Origin: Rhynchobatus australiae
Taxonomy: Eukaryota
NCBI GenBank assembly: GCA_034780895.1
Contig: JAUZTB010000072.1
Coordinates: 8,026,273-8,090,272, forward strand
Reading direction: 5' to 3'
Length of the DNA stretch: 64,000 nucleotides
In this document: positions 1 through 13,059 of the stretch, in pieces
How positions within the stretch are numbered: the stretch's first letter is position 1
How the letters are laid out: every line of letters begins with the position of its first letter
Translations under genes and position numbers: made by a program
The notes under the pieces: generated by a model
What the model was told of the DNA's origin: nothing
What the model saw: only the letters and a program-made list of their open reading frames with translations
The model's database searches: none

Positions 1-2039
1 CTCGGATGGGGAAGCCTAACTAAGAGCCTCCTGGCACAAGCATAGCTCTCTGGCCCATTCAAGTGAATGGGAGGTATTTTCTGCCAGGAAGAAGGTGAGT
101 AATTTTTTTAGGTTCAGCATCTTAAATTGAATTTTTAGTGTGTGAATGTGTTAAATGTTTGTAGTCTGTTTTTTAAACATGCTCCAAGTGGCACTGAATG
201 ATTCTGATTGCCAAAAACCTTTTTAAACTGTGAAAGGTGATCTGGGCATACTAGGCATGGGATTTGAAGATAACTGAGCTAGGAGTTACTCATAGTTGTC
301 AACTTGCTCTCTGCATCTGGAATTAAAATGATTGTGAGGCTAGGCCTCTTAATCCAAGAAGAGTGTATGGAAAAGGGCAAGAGAAATATTTCTACCTTTA
401 TGGGCATGCTGAATCCTGAAAGATTTCATTGCTACAAACTGGAGTAAACATTAAAATATTAAATATTTACCAAGTGCTTTATAGAGAAAAGGCTATATAG
501 AATACTGAAGGCTTGTTGGCTATCTCCATGTGTGAGATTTTGTTCTGTGACAACCTGGATTATAAAACCTTGTAACCAGAGTTGCCTGAATAAACCAAAG
601 AATGCTGTCCTGTATTATTTTCAACTTGTGCCATAATGATTTTTTAGCATCTAGAGCTAATAATGTTGAGAACAGATTGTGNNNNNNNNNNNNNNNNNNN
701 NNNNNNNNNNNNNNNNNNNNNNNNNNNNNNNNNNNNNNNNNNNNNNNNNNNNNNNNNNNNNNNNNNNNNNNNNNNNNNNNNTATGATCAAAAGAACAGAT
801 TGTGGTGGAAATTGGTGAAAAATAGCAAGCTATCTAATCTTTCCAATATGCAAAGCGGGGTGAATTCTTAGCTCCCGGGTGTCAGTCACGAGAAAGCCAA
901 CAGGAATTATAACATCAATGGGCAAGTCAAAATTGAGGTTAGGTGCAGAGATTTCAGCCCCTACTGGTGAGCTAAATAGCACTGTGGTAGGTGGTGGATG
1001 GCCTTTTCTATATTGAATTGAAAAGTGAAATCATTGTTTGCACAAGTGATATGTTGTTGGAAAACATTCCTGGAGAGCCAATGGCTTGTATTCGTTATCT
1101 TGAATTGGTCTAAGCAATGAGAATCAAAAAAAGTATGTTTCAGAACTCTAAGGGATGTTACAAACATGGATTGGACATCCTTGCAGGGAACAGGGCAAAT
1201 GGCACTTAAGTTTTTGAGATTTTAAGTGCATCCAAATTTTGAATGAAGGTTGAGACTATTTAACACTACATGTTTGAGATCCAGTTTCATGGAATGTTGG
1301 GTCAACCAAATGGGCAATTCATCTCATCTATATAAACCACGTAATGTAATCTTGCTCTCCTGCTCACTATTAATAGTATTTGCAAAAGATTTGTAGTTAA
1401 AAAGGGAATTTGACCATACCAAAAGGAGCTCTAGTCCTTGTGCTAGCTGTTTTCATTGTTTGCAGAGTAAGTGAGGAACTACAGATGAGCAAAGCTGGTA
1501 TGTAGTGTTGGCCTTGGATGTTCAAAACATTACAAGTGGCTATCAAAATAGTTTTGTATAGGTACTTCCACTATAAATCCCTGTTTTCTAGGCTGCAAAA
1601 CTGCTTGAAAGTGACACCTACNNNNNNNNNNNNNNNNNNNNNNNNNNNNNCTGCAACTGGGCAAGGAGATGCTGCTCAAGTCCCAAACTTCTGGCAGAAG
1701 CACAGTTTGGTAGGGAAGAGTGTGCCTGTGATCTGTCAAGGACTATAGGAGATTTAAACTCATATGGTTGCCACTGAGCATTTTTGGATAACTGCCATCC
1801 ATTCAGTGAGGGATTAAACTATTAAACAGCTAACAAAAATTCTCCAAGGATTTTTGGGGTGACTTTTTAGGGAACCTAGGTTATTGTATTAGTGACAATG
1901 CAAGTATAGAATCAAGTTAAATGTAGGTAGTAGACTGTAATTTGACACATGGCAGGTCAGCAATGCTGCAGGAAAGTTCTGATTAATTAATCAGATTTGG
2001 CTAATTAATGAGGCTGATTACTGAGGACTGAGATTCTTG

Positions 2040-2290
2040 AGTGGGATACTAGATTAGAATCCAAAGAGTTGGGTTATTGATACAGTTCTAATTCCACCAT
2101 GTTAGTTGGGAATTTAAATTAAAGTAATTAAATCTGGAATTTAAAAATTGCTATAAACAGTAATGGTGATGTTGCTACTGATCTGTTGATAATAAAATTG
2201 TAGAAACTATCTTGGAGGGAAGTAAATCTGCTTCATTCTTGTCTAATCTGGCCTCCTTGACTCCAGGCTCCCTGTTGTGGTTGACACTGG
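2040..2290 (+). mobile_element. Degraded tRNA-derived SINE (family with ggactagtaatccagag head)
   Basis: gttctaattccaccatg...aaatctggaattt...gtaatggtga...aaatctgc...tgactccag...tgtggttgac is shared with copies at ~7805, ~16450 and ~27335. Confidence 0.6.
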
Positions 2291-2499
2291 AACATTTGTG
2301 GTTATTGTAGCATTCCTGTGTTTGTTCCAGTGCTCTGTTTCAACAATTTAAATAATTGGAAATGTTACTTGTGGGTGGATTCAGTACACCGTCCCTTACA
2401 GTTAATTATGTTGGTTGAGGGAAAGTTGAATGTTTGATATATTTTGATATATTTTGTCTTGATTGAGGTTGTGAATAATCTTTCAATCTTTTCTGTAAG

Positions 2500-2706
2500 T
2501 TTGCAGCAGAAGCTTTGGAACACTCCGCATCAGAAGTCCGAGATACAGCTGTACGGATTATCTTTGGCATGTATCGACAGCACAGAAGTGCAATTTTGCA
2601 CTATCTTCCACCTGATGATGCAAATATTCGCAGGAATGTGCTATACAAATCACTTTTTGATGGGTTTGCAAAAATTGACGGGAAGCCAACAGAAGCTGAA
2701 CAACGA
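2500..2706 (+). CDS. CEP104: CEP104 internal coding exon (end of TOG domain): FAAEALEHSASEVRDTAVRIIFGMYRQHRSAILHYLPPDDANIRRNVLYKSLFDGFAKIDGKPTEAEQR
   Basis: Translation closely matches recalled vertebrate CEP104 (FSVSALEHRVYEVRETAVRIILDMYRQHQASILEYLPPDD...). Acceptor ttctgtaag| at 2498-2499, donor |gtaagt at 2707; 207 nt, phase 0/0. Confidence 0.95.
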
Positions 2707-3131
2707 GTAAGTTCGGTGGTGGTGGTGTGCTTCCATTGACTGGTGTCTTATTTTATCTTTACACATTTTCCAGTTCACAGAAAATGTCTCGCTTTCAAGG
2801 AAATTAACTTTGGGTTGTTTCTCGTACTAAACCTCTGGCACACGGGCATTTTTGGCAAATTATCATAAAATGGAAAAATTCCATAGGCTAACTTGCATGC
2901 ATTTTAATGTATGAGAGGAATGAACTATGACTTTAAAGGAAGTATCACAATTCATTGAAAGCGGGTTGAAAATACAAAGTACTGAGTTAATTTCCAATCT
3001 CCTTGGTAAAAGGAGCAAAAGTGATGTTGTAAGAAAGAGGGGAATAATACTAAAAATTATTGAAAGCCATGTAAGAAACTATCACACAGAAGTTTTTTTT
3101 TTAATGATTTATTTGGTCACATTTTTACTAG

Positions 3132-3248
3132 GCACATAAAAAGGCAGCTGCAGAAGAAGCAGAAAGGCGCAAGAAGGAGGAAATTCGAGCTCTTCAGGAG
3201 CAGCTAGCGGCTTTGAGAGAAATACAGGCAGAAGTCCAGGCTGAAAAG
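3132..3248 (+). CDS. CEP104: CEP104 coding exon (coiled coil): AHKKAAAEEAERRKKEEIRALQEQLAALREIQAEVQAEK
   Basis: Acceptor tttttactag|; translation matches ARRKAATEEAEKQKKEEIKALQGQLAALKEIQAEVQ. Donor taken as AAG|gtgtat at 3249; the exact 3' end is less certain. Confidence 0.9.
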
Positions 3249-6200
3249 GTGTATAAACCTGACTTAACAGGGTGCAATATACAACAATTCAGTAAAGAAG
3301 GAAAGTAATGAATTAATGAGCAGTGGAGGGAAAATCTTGGTGAGAGACTAATAGATGGCTCAAGGAACCAACACAACCATGATGGACTAAAGCAGCTTCT
3401 GTGTTGTAAGGTTTTGTAAATCTTCATTTGGCCAGTGGGGTTAAACAATTGTTGCCTTGGCGATGATGTGTGAAGGGACAAAAGTAGAGAAAAAAAATCA
3501 TTTTATCATATGGCTCAGATGCTAATTGGTAACTTTGTGCTGTCAACTGAGTATTTGTCTTTTTGCAATATTATTGCCTGCCTGTATTACCTGTTTACAC
3601 ACCATAGTTCCATAACATCAACTGGCAAGCTCTAAACTTGTTTGCATTGACATGAGTGAATTATTTTTCTTACCATCCTGTTGCAATCTTTATTTACATT
3701 GTACATCTCAATTAGATTACTCCATTATTTTTACTGGAGGAAATATAGTCTGCAAAATATCCTTACTTTAACCCTTAAAGCCTTGTTTTCATTCTGACAA
3801 ATCTGGATTCTTTGAGGCCAATATCATTTCTAAAATGCAGTGCTCAATACTGAACATGGAACTATAAGGAGATTAATTTTGCACATGTATGTCCTTTAGG
3901 ACTTTAGTCTTTAAAGTAAGAGATATTGGCCTAAATCCTTTTTTATGGATGCCTAAAGATAACTGCTCTTTCATAGTTTTGAGCTTCACTTCATGAAGAA
4001 AATATTAGAATCTGTTGTTGACTCTGGAGAGGATGAAGCCCCTTCTTGTTACAGTTTGTTCATTACAATGGGGCAATGATAGATTAAGTAACTTACAGCT
4101 CCCTCTGTACTGTTTGTGTCACTTGATGATATCAGTTAGTATGGGTGAGTTTCTATTGCTCGTCTTATGCCATTTATTATAATAAGTGAAATGGAGAAGC
4201 CCCAATACAGATGCTTGGGTTAAACAAATAATCACATTGTACTATATTTTTCATTAGCTAACAGTTTGACCTAATGTAATGTGGAGGATTTCTGCCTTAT
4301 CTCTTCAAAGTTAGCCTTACTAAAGTTAAAGCCTGGCTTGTGACTTGCCCTTGAACCTACTAACTTGAATTTATCATTGACTGTTGTTAATTAACTTATA
4401 TCAAATCACATTTAGTAAGGAGCGAGTCAACAATTATTTCTTATTTCCTGATGTAACTGAGCTGTATTAATTGTATTCATATGTAGGTTTGTACAAATAC
4501 AACAGAAGCAGAAATAAATTTCACTAACAGCAGGCAAGAGAAACAAATCACCTCTCTGACNNNNNNNNNNNNNNNNNNNNNNNNNNNNNNNNNNNNNNNN
4601 NNNNNNNNNNNNNNNNNNNNNNNNNNNNNNNNNNNNNNNNNNNNNNNNNNNNNNNNNNNNTGGGTTTCTCTAGCACTAGTTGCCAGAGTATTGGTCTACC
4701 TTTGGCTCCTAGTTGCTTAGAGTGGTCTACTCTAGAGTAGTCCTGTGTTCTCTATTCCTTTTCAAAGATCCAGTTTGTGTTGGGATTCCTCCTCAGATCT
4801 CTGAGGTACGATTCCTTCCAGTTGCTGCCAGTGTTTGTCCTGAGGAAGTATCCTGACTCCAATCTTGTATCGGTGTGCTGCATTTGGGTTCTCTGTGAGC
4901 TCGCTCTTTGCTCGACATTGTGACAAGTAAAGGTTAATGTCCAAAGATCAGTTGAGTTTATTTTTCCAGCACAGTATCATTCATAATCAAACTGGTTGCA
5001 TTTTGTTAGTATAATTTATCATGTCTTTGTGTATATCAGAGGTGATTAATTCCCTGCCTAATACAGAGATCAAAATCTTTATCAAATCCAAATGAAGTAT
5101 TATTTGTACCTGATTCCATTGCTCTTCAGATCAATTGCACTATTACATTAACCTTAATACATTGTTAGAATGACAACATTGGAATATTCCACCTTGGTTC
5201 TCGTTATTTTAGCCACTACATTCTCTGCTTAATGCCACTAGAATGCAATGACATGTTTTTATTCTGTTACAAATTATGGATGAGTAATATCATTTGACAT
5301 CATACTTCCTGTGTAAGTCGACCCTCCAGCATTCTCACTGACTCAATGGAAAAGATGCTGTCTAAGCTTCACACCATAACCAAGCTGTCATTAAGTTCAT
5401 TTGTGTTTAATTCTCAGTGGGAAATGATGGACACAGGGCTAGTCAAAAACAAAGTGAGCACAGTGAACAGTATGTTATATTCAGTGGAATAAGAAACAGC
5501 TAAGAAGTACATGTGATAATTATATTGAAGGTATTATTACGTGAGGGCACCATTTAGTTGAGCTTTAAAAATTAATGCTGGAGATTGCAAAACATTTGAT
5601 TCATCTGTTTTTTTTCATGAAGGGTCATGCAGAACAGATTTTATGGACCATTCAGTAAAAAAACAAATAAATAGCTTTAGGATGTGACTATATTGCACCT
5701 AATTGTTAAATTGGCTAAGAAGACATCCAGGTAATGTCTGACCAATATTGCACTGAAATCTGCACTGAAAATATATAAGGATGCATGCAAATGCTCTGCC
5801 TCCAATTTCCCCTTCTTTGATTAGCAGCTTGGAATCTCACTATACTATTCTGGTTAGCATTGAGAGTCATGGTTATGGGTATTCCTAGAGTCAAAGGCAT
5901 CCCATCCTTTGATTTTTATCAATGTGTGAAGGGGATAGTGGATTGAATGGATGAGGGCTTTGTGGGTTTGGTAGTGGGTTACTGTTATTCTCATTCTACT
6001 CATTCTACTCTCCTTTGATGACTGGAAATAATAATTTCCACTTTTAGAATTGAAGATCAACTGTGTGGTAATTAAAGTAAGCTTGGAAAGGACAGGTTAC
6101 TTTTGACATGATTAGGAAAGATTTACACTGCTGGGACTTTTCTGATCTTGACTAATTAATGGAAGATTACTATGCCTTGCCTGTAAATCTTTTTTCATTG

Positions 6201-6414
6201 TACATTGTAATAATTAAGATGGCATAAGGTGAACTAAATTAGTTTTGGTCTTCTCTGATCTAGTAGTTCCTAGGATTGTGGAGGGATCTGTTTTTATAAT
6301 CAAATATGTTGAGTGTTCTGTATAGAATTAACACTTCATTCAGAAAAGTGATTTTTGCTTGATCATCATGTACTTCACTAAAGTAGTCCTATACACCAAT
6401 TATATATATCTCAA

Positions 6415-6735
6415 CATTGGAGGAGACTATTTGGCCCATTGAGTTGATACTGGCTCTGAGAGCAATTCTACCCATTTCTTTGCAGCCACTTACTTCTGTG
6501 CAACCTTTTCCCTTTACATGTGCCCGTTAATGCCCCTCTGATTCTCACAATAACCACCTACGTGAGGAATAATTACAATAGCCAATTAACCCACCAACCA
6601 GAATGTCTTTGATGAGGGAGGAAACCAAAGCACCCGGGAAACCCATGTGGTCACAATGTGCAAACTCTGCACTAATGGCACCAGAGTTCAAAATTGAAAC
6701 TGGGCCATTGGAACTGAGACAGCTGTACTTCTATG
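6415..6735 (-). mobile_element. HE1-like V-SINE with CR1-derived 3' tail
   Basis: V-domain-like core (gaggaaaccaaagcacccgggaaacccatgtggtcac...tgcaaactc), tRNA-like head at the right end, CR1-type tail (ggcccattgag) at the left. Confidence 0.7.
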
Positions 6736-6814
6736 CTGCTGAAAAATAATTTTTTTAAAACTTGATATTCATTTGGACCAAACAAGCTTTTCTTTGGAGA
6801 GGGAGAATATAATA

Positions 6815-7040
6815 CATGAAAATAGGAGTAGAAGTAGGCCACTCATCCCCCTCAAGTCTTCAAGCCGTCCAATCTGACCTAGCCATCAGCTCTTTTGTGT
6901 TTGTTTCTCATAGCAATATCAATTCCCCGATCTTCCAAACATTTATGTACTTTCCTCTTTAAATATCCTCAGTGATCTAGCCTCCACAACCTTGGGGATA
7001 GAGAATTCCAGAGATTTGCCACCCTCTGTGAGAAGTTCCA
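6815..7040 (-). mobile_element. CR1 LINE 3' fragment
   Basis: ataggagtagaagtaggccactc...cctccacaaccttggggatagagaattccagagatttgccaccctctgtgagaag is the typical reverse-complement CR1 3' end. Confidence 0.7.
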
Positions 7041-7804
7041 ACCTGGAAGATACTGTAGTTAATACCCCAAGAATGTAGATCCTCCACTGTTTCTTACAAC
7101 AAGCCAAAAGCCCTGGCCACCCCAGACTCCATCTTGAAGTGGTGAATGCCTTTTCTCTTTCTGATTTGAGTTTGGCAATTTTTTCATGAATAGTGCAAAA
7201 CTACAAATTTGGAAAGTATTGAACATAAGGCTTCAGTTGTGATATGGTTTGTTTCATGTCACAAAAGTCACTGGAACATCTAAACTCCCATCGAGCACCT
7301 GTAACAAAATATATGCCATGCATCAAGCTTTAGTTCAATGCTTTCCTTTTCTTAGTAACTAATCAAACAAATTGTAAATTTAAAGCCAGTGGGCAATGTC
7401 CCTTTTTTTTTCACCTTGTCATGTATTACCTTCAGTTATTTAATATCTTGCACAATATAAAGATGCTTTTCAGTCCATTTCAGTAACTGAGAAGGATTTC
7501 ATTAATTCTCCACTCTGCTTTACGGGTCAAGAATTTCTAGAGTATTGTATAGATACATTGTTATTGTTTGATTAAAATGTTAAACTGATTTAATACTTTT
7601 GCATAATGTGATTTGTAGTCAAGTTTTTTTAAAACAAGCTTTGACTTTGGTTACATTAATATAGTGGTTATATGAGTGATCTTATATACAAAGGCAAAAT
7701 GTTGGAAACAGCAGGTCAAGTAGCATCTGTGGAAAGAAAAGCTTAATGTTTTGTGTCCAGGACCCTTTGTCAGAAATTATATGCCTGGGCTGCTAACGCA
7801 GTGC

Positions 7805-8060
7805 AGTTTAGTGGCACAACTGTTAAGTTTCTGGACTAGCATTCATCTGGAGTCTAAATTCCATCATGCCAGCTGAAGAATTTAAGTTCAAGAAGTTAAA
7901 TCTGGAACTAAAAGTTGGTAATGATCATGAAACTGCTATTTTATCCTAAAATCAAGCTGGTTCAATATGATTCTTCCAGGAAGAATCAAAGGTGGTTGGC
8001 TCTTAGCTGTTTCCTCAGTTTAGGGATGATTAGGATGGGCAATATATTTGCCCATTTTCT
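7805..8060 (+). mobile_element. Degraded tRNA-derived SINE (same family as 2040)
   Basis: ctggactagc...aaattccatcatgccagctg...aaatctggaact...gtaatgatcatgaaact...ggatgggcaata tail. Confidence 0.6.
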
Positions 8061-8406
8061 GTAAGGCAGTTTGAGGATTTTTTTAAGGTGGAAATAAAAA
8101 CTTCTGCTGATTGAAAGTGACCAATGTAACTGGGAAGTGTTGAATTTTATGTGTGTGTATACACATATACGTGTGCACACATACATGTGTGCACCTTGCA
8201 CGACAGGACAGTGTCAGTTTTGACCTGACTCAATTACTGGTTGAAGTCAAGCAGTGTAGTACCTTAAACATGTCTTCTCTGGATTTGTTTGTCAAATTGT
8301 ACAGCATTTTTATTGGTACTGTAGCTATATGTTCAGTAAGCATTGATTCTTTCAATAATTAAGCATGTTAGAATGATTCTAATGGTTCAAATTTCACTTC
8401 TTTCAG

Positions 8407-8443
8407 GGGAAAGATGTCGAAAACAGCAAACATTCTCCACGAG
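8407..8443 (+). CDS. CEP104: CEP104 short 37-nt linker exon: GKDVENSKHSPR(D)
   Basis: Strong acceptor tttcacttctttcag|, donor GAG|gtgtgt. Phase 0 to 1 is exactly what joins the 3132 exon to the 14425 exon in frame; it aligns positionally to the EKESDAVKPKNQD linker. Confidence 0.7.
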
Positions 8444-9577
8444 GTGTGTAAATTTATTTCCATTATTCATTTGTGTATGAAAGAAAAGTCACTGGGCTTC
8501 TGTCTTCAGTGATGAGACTAGTAGACTGGGACTTCAATGTAGATCTTGTTCCCTCTTCACAAAGCAAAAATTATTGGAAGTGTGATGGAAAGGATATCGC
8601 ACCTTCTGAAAATTAAACAGAGCATACACTGGGAAAGGATGGAAGCAATTCTTTTATGAATAGCTCATGCAGCTTTTTTTTCTACTAGAACCAAACAGAC
8701 TTTTTTATTATTTTAAATATATTCCACATCGCATGTTCTGAGTTTTCCAATACATCTGACAAAATACATAACTGGATCCACCGATTCAGAACTCAGTTGG
8801 TTTGGCATTTAATGGGAGAATGAAAACATACCGTTGAATTTCTAGTTTTGACCTGACTCAATCATCAGTTGAAGCTGGAGCAGGTCATTCAGCTCCCATT
8901 CAGACGATCATGTCTCATTGCTTCAAATTCCCTTTGTATTAATAGTAATCAATAAAATAACAGTTTTTGTTTAAAAGCTGTTTAAGCAAGCAGCCTAATA
9001 GAATCCAATTACCCAAAATTTTCCCCCGCCCCCAAAACACCCGTGAGCCCTGAATATTGGGCACATGCTCCCTTTCTTCCCCAACTCCCTTGCAATTTGT
9101 CAGCCATCACCCACCCTTTCACTGTGGAATTCCTGCTACTCAAAGAGTAGTGTGGTAGGTGGGAGGGAGAAGAGGAAGGGCAAGAGTTTGGGGATATTAA
9201 GTAGGAATCATTGCCTGCCTTATGTTATTATGTTGACAGTAATTGGTGGTGGTATAGCAGAAATCTTTGGACTGCAGTCCTGCTCTCCACACTATTGCAC
9301 TCCGGCATGGAGAATGGTCCCAGATACTGCTATGGATGTGAAGTTTGCCTATTTAAAGATACCTGTTTGATCCCTTGGGGTGGGAGTATTTCTCACTGGC
9401 TGGTGTCAGTAAATGACTAATCTTACTGAATATGACTTTCCATCCAGGCAATCCACTGAGGGAGTGCATTTGCTTGATTTCCACACATAGCTCTACCTGT
9501 TTGGCCATTCATTGTGGGGCCAGGCTCTCGTGCACTGTGGTCCATAGATGTTAGTGGGTCAGTAGAAGCCCTGATAA

Positions 9578-12265
9578 AAGTCATAGTTGTACAGCACTGA
9601 AATGGGTGCCTTGGTCCACCATATCCATTCCTAACATTTTTCCCATCTCCTCTAACTTTGTCTTCATTAGGTCCATATTCTTCTATTGCCTGTCTATGTG
9701 TCTCTTAAAAGTAGCGATTGTATCTGACTCCACCACCACATCTGGCAATGAATTCCAGATATTAACAACACTGTGTATATTTAAAAAAAACAAAAATCCT
9801 TCCCCTCAAATCCCCCTTAAAGCTCCTTCCTCCCAAGATACACCCATGCGCTCCTGCTTTTGATGCCCCTGCAATGAGCTAAAGATTCTGACCATCTAAC
9901 CCAGCTATGCCTCTTATAATTTTGTATCCTGCTATCAAATCACCCCTCCACCTCCTTCACTCCAGGGAAAACAAAACCTGTCTGTCCAATCTCTCCATTA
10001 CTAAAGTCCTCTGTGAAGCTCCTCTGCATGTTTTCCAGTGCAACCACATTCTTCCTACAGTGTAGTGACTAGAATCACACACAATACTCTAGTTGCACTC
10101 GAATCAGTATTTTGTAAAGTTGCATTATATTATATTCTGTGCCTCAACCTATGCAGGCAGCATACCATATACTGCTTTCACAGCTTTATCTGTGCTGCCA
10201 CTTTCAGGGAAACATGGTCTTGAACCTCTATTCATAAATATTCATTAATGTTGTATATATCCTACCCCCATTTCACAGATCTTCAGCCAACGCTCCACCC
10301 AACTTTCCATCTGATCTCTATGCTGCTGTATCTCAGACAACTTCCTTTGCTATCCATGACACCAACTTTCGTTCCATCCGTAAACTCTTTTTTTAATACT
10401 TTCTACATTCTCATCCAAGTCGTTTATATAAGACAAGTAACACGTCCTTGCACCAAATCCTGCAGTACACCACTGGTCACCAACTTCCAAACAGAGAAGC
10501 ATCCTTCCGCCTCTATCCTCTGCCCTTTTTAACCAAGCCAGTTTTGGATCCAATTAGCCAGCTTGACTTGGATCCCATGTGCCTTAACCTTCTGGACCAG
10601 CCTACCAAGCGGGGCCTTGTCAGGTGCCTTACTGAAGTCTACATGGACAATCTCTATTTCCCTGCCTTAGTTACCTCTAAAGATACAGTCAAATTAGTGA
10701 GTCAAGACTTGCACAAAGCCATTATTAACTATCCCTGATCAGCCCCTGCCTTTCCCATTGTCCATAAATCCAATCCCTTAAAATTTCTGTAGTTACCCAG
10801 CTTATCCCTGCTGCCTTTCATAAATAAAGGAATAATGTTTGCTATTCTCCAGTCATCAGGCACCTTGTCTGGCTAATGAAGATGCAAAAATTTACATCAG
10901 GGACCCAACTATCATTTCCCATGTTTCCTGGAATAGACTTGATCCAGCCATAAGGATTTATTAACCCTAATTGTCCCATGACATAAACACTCTTCCTTAA
11001 TGCTGATTTGCCAGAGATTATCCATGTACCCTTCCCTGATCTCACTACCTTCTGTATCTTCCTTGATTAATACGGGTTTGCAGTATTCGTTTGGCAACTC
11101 GCTTGCTGCACCTGGATTCCCCCTTTGATCTCCATGGGGACCCATTCTTTCCCAGGCTGCCTTCTGCTCTTGATAAATTTACAGAATACCTTGGGGTTCT
11201 CCTTAATCTTGCCAAGGATATTTCATAGCCTTTTTTATTTGTCCTCTGTATTCCTCAGATACCCTAGTTCCCAATTTCCTACACCTATCATATGTTTCCT
11301 TCTTTACTTCCTGATCAAATCTTCAGTATTCTTTGTCAACTAAGATTCATGAATCTTGCCATCTTTACCTTTCCCTCTTGCCAGAAAGCAGTGGCCCTGA
11401 ACTTTAACTGATTTCTACGTACCAGCTGTTAAGCATCTGCTCCTAATATATTGTTGCCAGATTTTCTCTTACACTATTGAAATCTGCCTTCTCCCAATTT
11501 AGGACCTTAACTTGACCAGTCTTTATCCCTTTCTTAAATAGAGTTGAACCCACCAGCCCTCCCATGCTCACTAACTTTCCTCTGTCTGCTCTGTCCACTA
11601 GACCTGACATCCTCATTTTTCTTACCACCTGCTGCACTGCTACTGTGCTTCCTACCCATCCAGCCAAATTTGTTTCGGTGCAAACCATTCTAATGCAGGA
11701 CCCATGTATGCCAGAAGTGATTCCATTTACTCCTGCACCAGTTCTTTAACTATGTATTCAGCTGCCCTATCCTCATTTCTACTCTCTCTGGAATGTGGCA
11801 CAGGGAGTAATGCTGAGATTGCAACCTTTTAGAGGTCCTGCTTTTTAACCTTCTGCCTAACTCCCAAAACTCTGTGTATGGCCTTTTTCCTCTTTCTATG
11901 TCATTAAGATGTATGTGTACTACAACCTGTGGCTGATTTCCCTCCTCCTCTGGAATGTTCTGTGCCTGATCTGAGACATCCCTGACCACTGCACTGGGGA
12001 GGCAACAAACCATTCTGAAGTCTCATTTTTAGTCACCAAAGCACCTGTCTGTTCTCCTCACTAATGAATTCCCCTATCACTACAGGTGGTCACTTGTCTC
12101 TTTCTGTACCTGCAGTATGATCAACTCACTAAAGTACTATCTATGACATTTTCCATATCCCAGATACTCCAAAGCCAGTCCAGCTGCCACTAGACACACT
12201 TCCCTCAAGTATGGTAACAGAACATTGGAAATGTTGTTGATCGCCCACATCCTGTAAAAACAGCN
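9578..12265 (-). mobile_element. Long decayed CR1 LINE: 3' tail, RT and endonuclease remnants, and ORF1 with SGNH/GDSL esterase domain
   Basis: Minus-strand peptides YINDLDENV (RT), LNWEKADFNSVRENLA, and MVCCLPSAVVRDVSD...PQVVVHIHLND...ELGRRLKSRTSK (CR1 ORF1 esterase); many frameshifts. Confidence 0.88.
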
Positions 12266-12816
12266 NNNNNNNNNNNNNNNNNNNNNNNNNNNNNNNNNNN
12301 NNNNNNNNNNNNNNNNNNNNNNNNNNNNNNNNNNNNNNNNNNNNNNNNNNNNNNNNNNNNNNNNNNNNNNNNNNNNNNNNCAACAGCAAAACTTTGACCT
12401 CGCAGCCCCTCTCACTCTACCTGCCTTTCTTTTTGAAACCTCTTACTTGCTGACAGTCTTTCAGATAGTGCTAGTCCCTTGCTATCTCCAGGCCTTGCCT
12501 TGCTAAAGGGCTAAGAAAAATATTGACATTGGCCTGAGACCCTGTCTTTGCCACTGAGTTTAAAGAATATGTCTGAATGCTCCTGACATCTGCAATCATT
12601 TAAAAGCTGTTAAAAATCAATTCAACAGTTAATAAAAAGTTAAAACCAAAAATCTGAAGGATGTATTTGGCCTTATTCTTGATCTTTATTCCTTTTGGCT
12701 GTAAAACCTCCATTGAAAATAAGACGTGCACATTCACCAAATCTAGTGCAGATACCCCTGCATAACTGCTGAGGTATCCATCAAGTTTGTATTGCATTGT
12801 TGGACTATAGCAGAGT

Positions 12817-13059
12817 TGTAGCGACTTACCGTTATTGAATCTGCGATCACGCACATCGTTGGAGGCTCCGACCCAAGATGGAACGGGGCACTCCTTCTTT
12901 GTTGGGCTAGAAAGCCTACAAGTGGGAAGGTCATGTGACCCACGCGTGATGTCAGCGTGGGAACTGATTATTAAAGGGGCAGCACGCCCCAGTCGTTATT
13001 CCACCCTTTGACTTCAGACCATCGTCTCGTGTAGTTATTCATCGTAGCTAGCCGCTACA
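12817..13059. mobile_element. Solo LTR (243 bp), probably Ty3/Gypsy type
   Basis: Begins TGTAGCG and ends CGCTACA (7-bp inverted termini, TG...CA); 4-bp TSD GAGT at 12813-12816 and 13060-13063; CpG-rich relative to the flanks. Confidence 0.85.

Noticed and set aside
1-100. Strong donor AAG|gtgagt at 94/95 as a possible upstream CEP104 exon
   Set aside because: The frame needed to join the 2500 exon has a TAA at 17-19, and the peptide does not resemble the expected ...GFTIDNVMK.
1480-1760. Possible L1/Tx1-type C-terminal zinc-knuckle remnant on the minus strand (...PEVWDL)
   Set aside because: Similarity is too weak and is interrupted by Ns; not supportable without a search.
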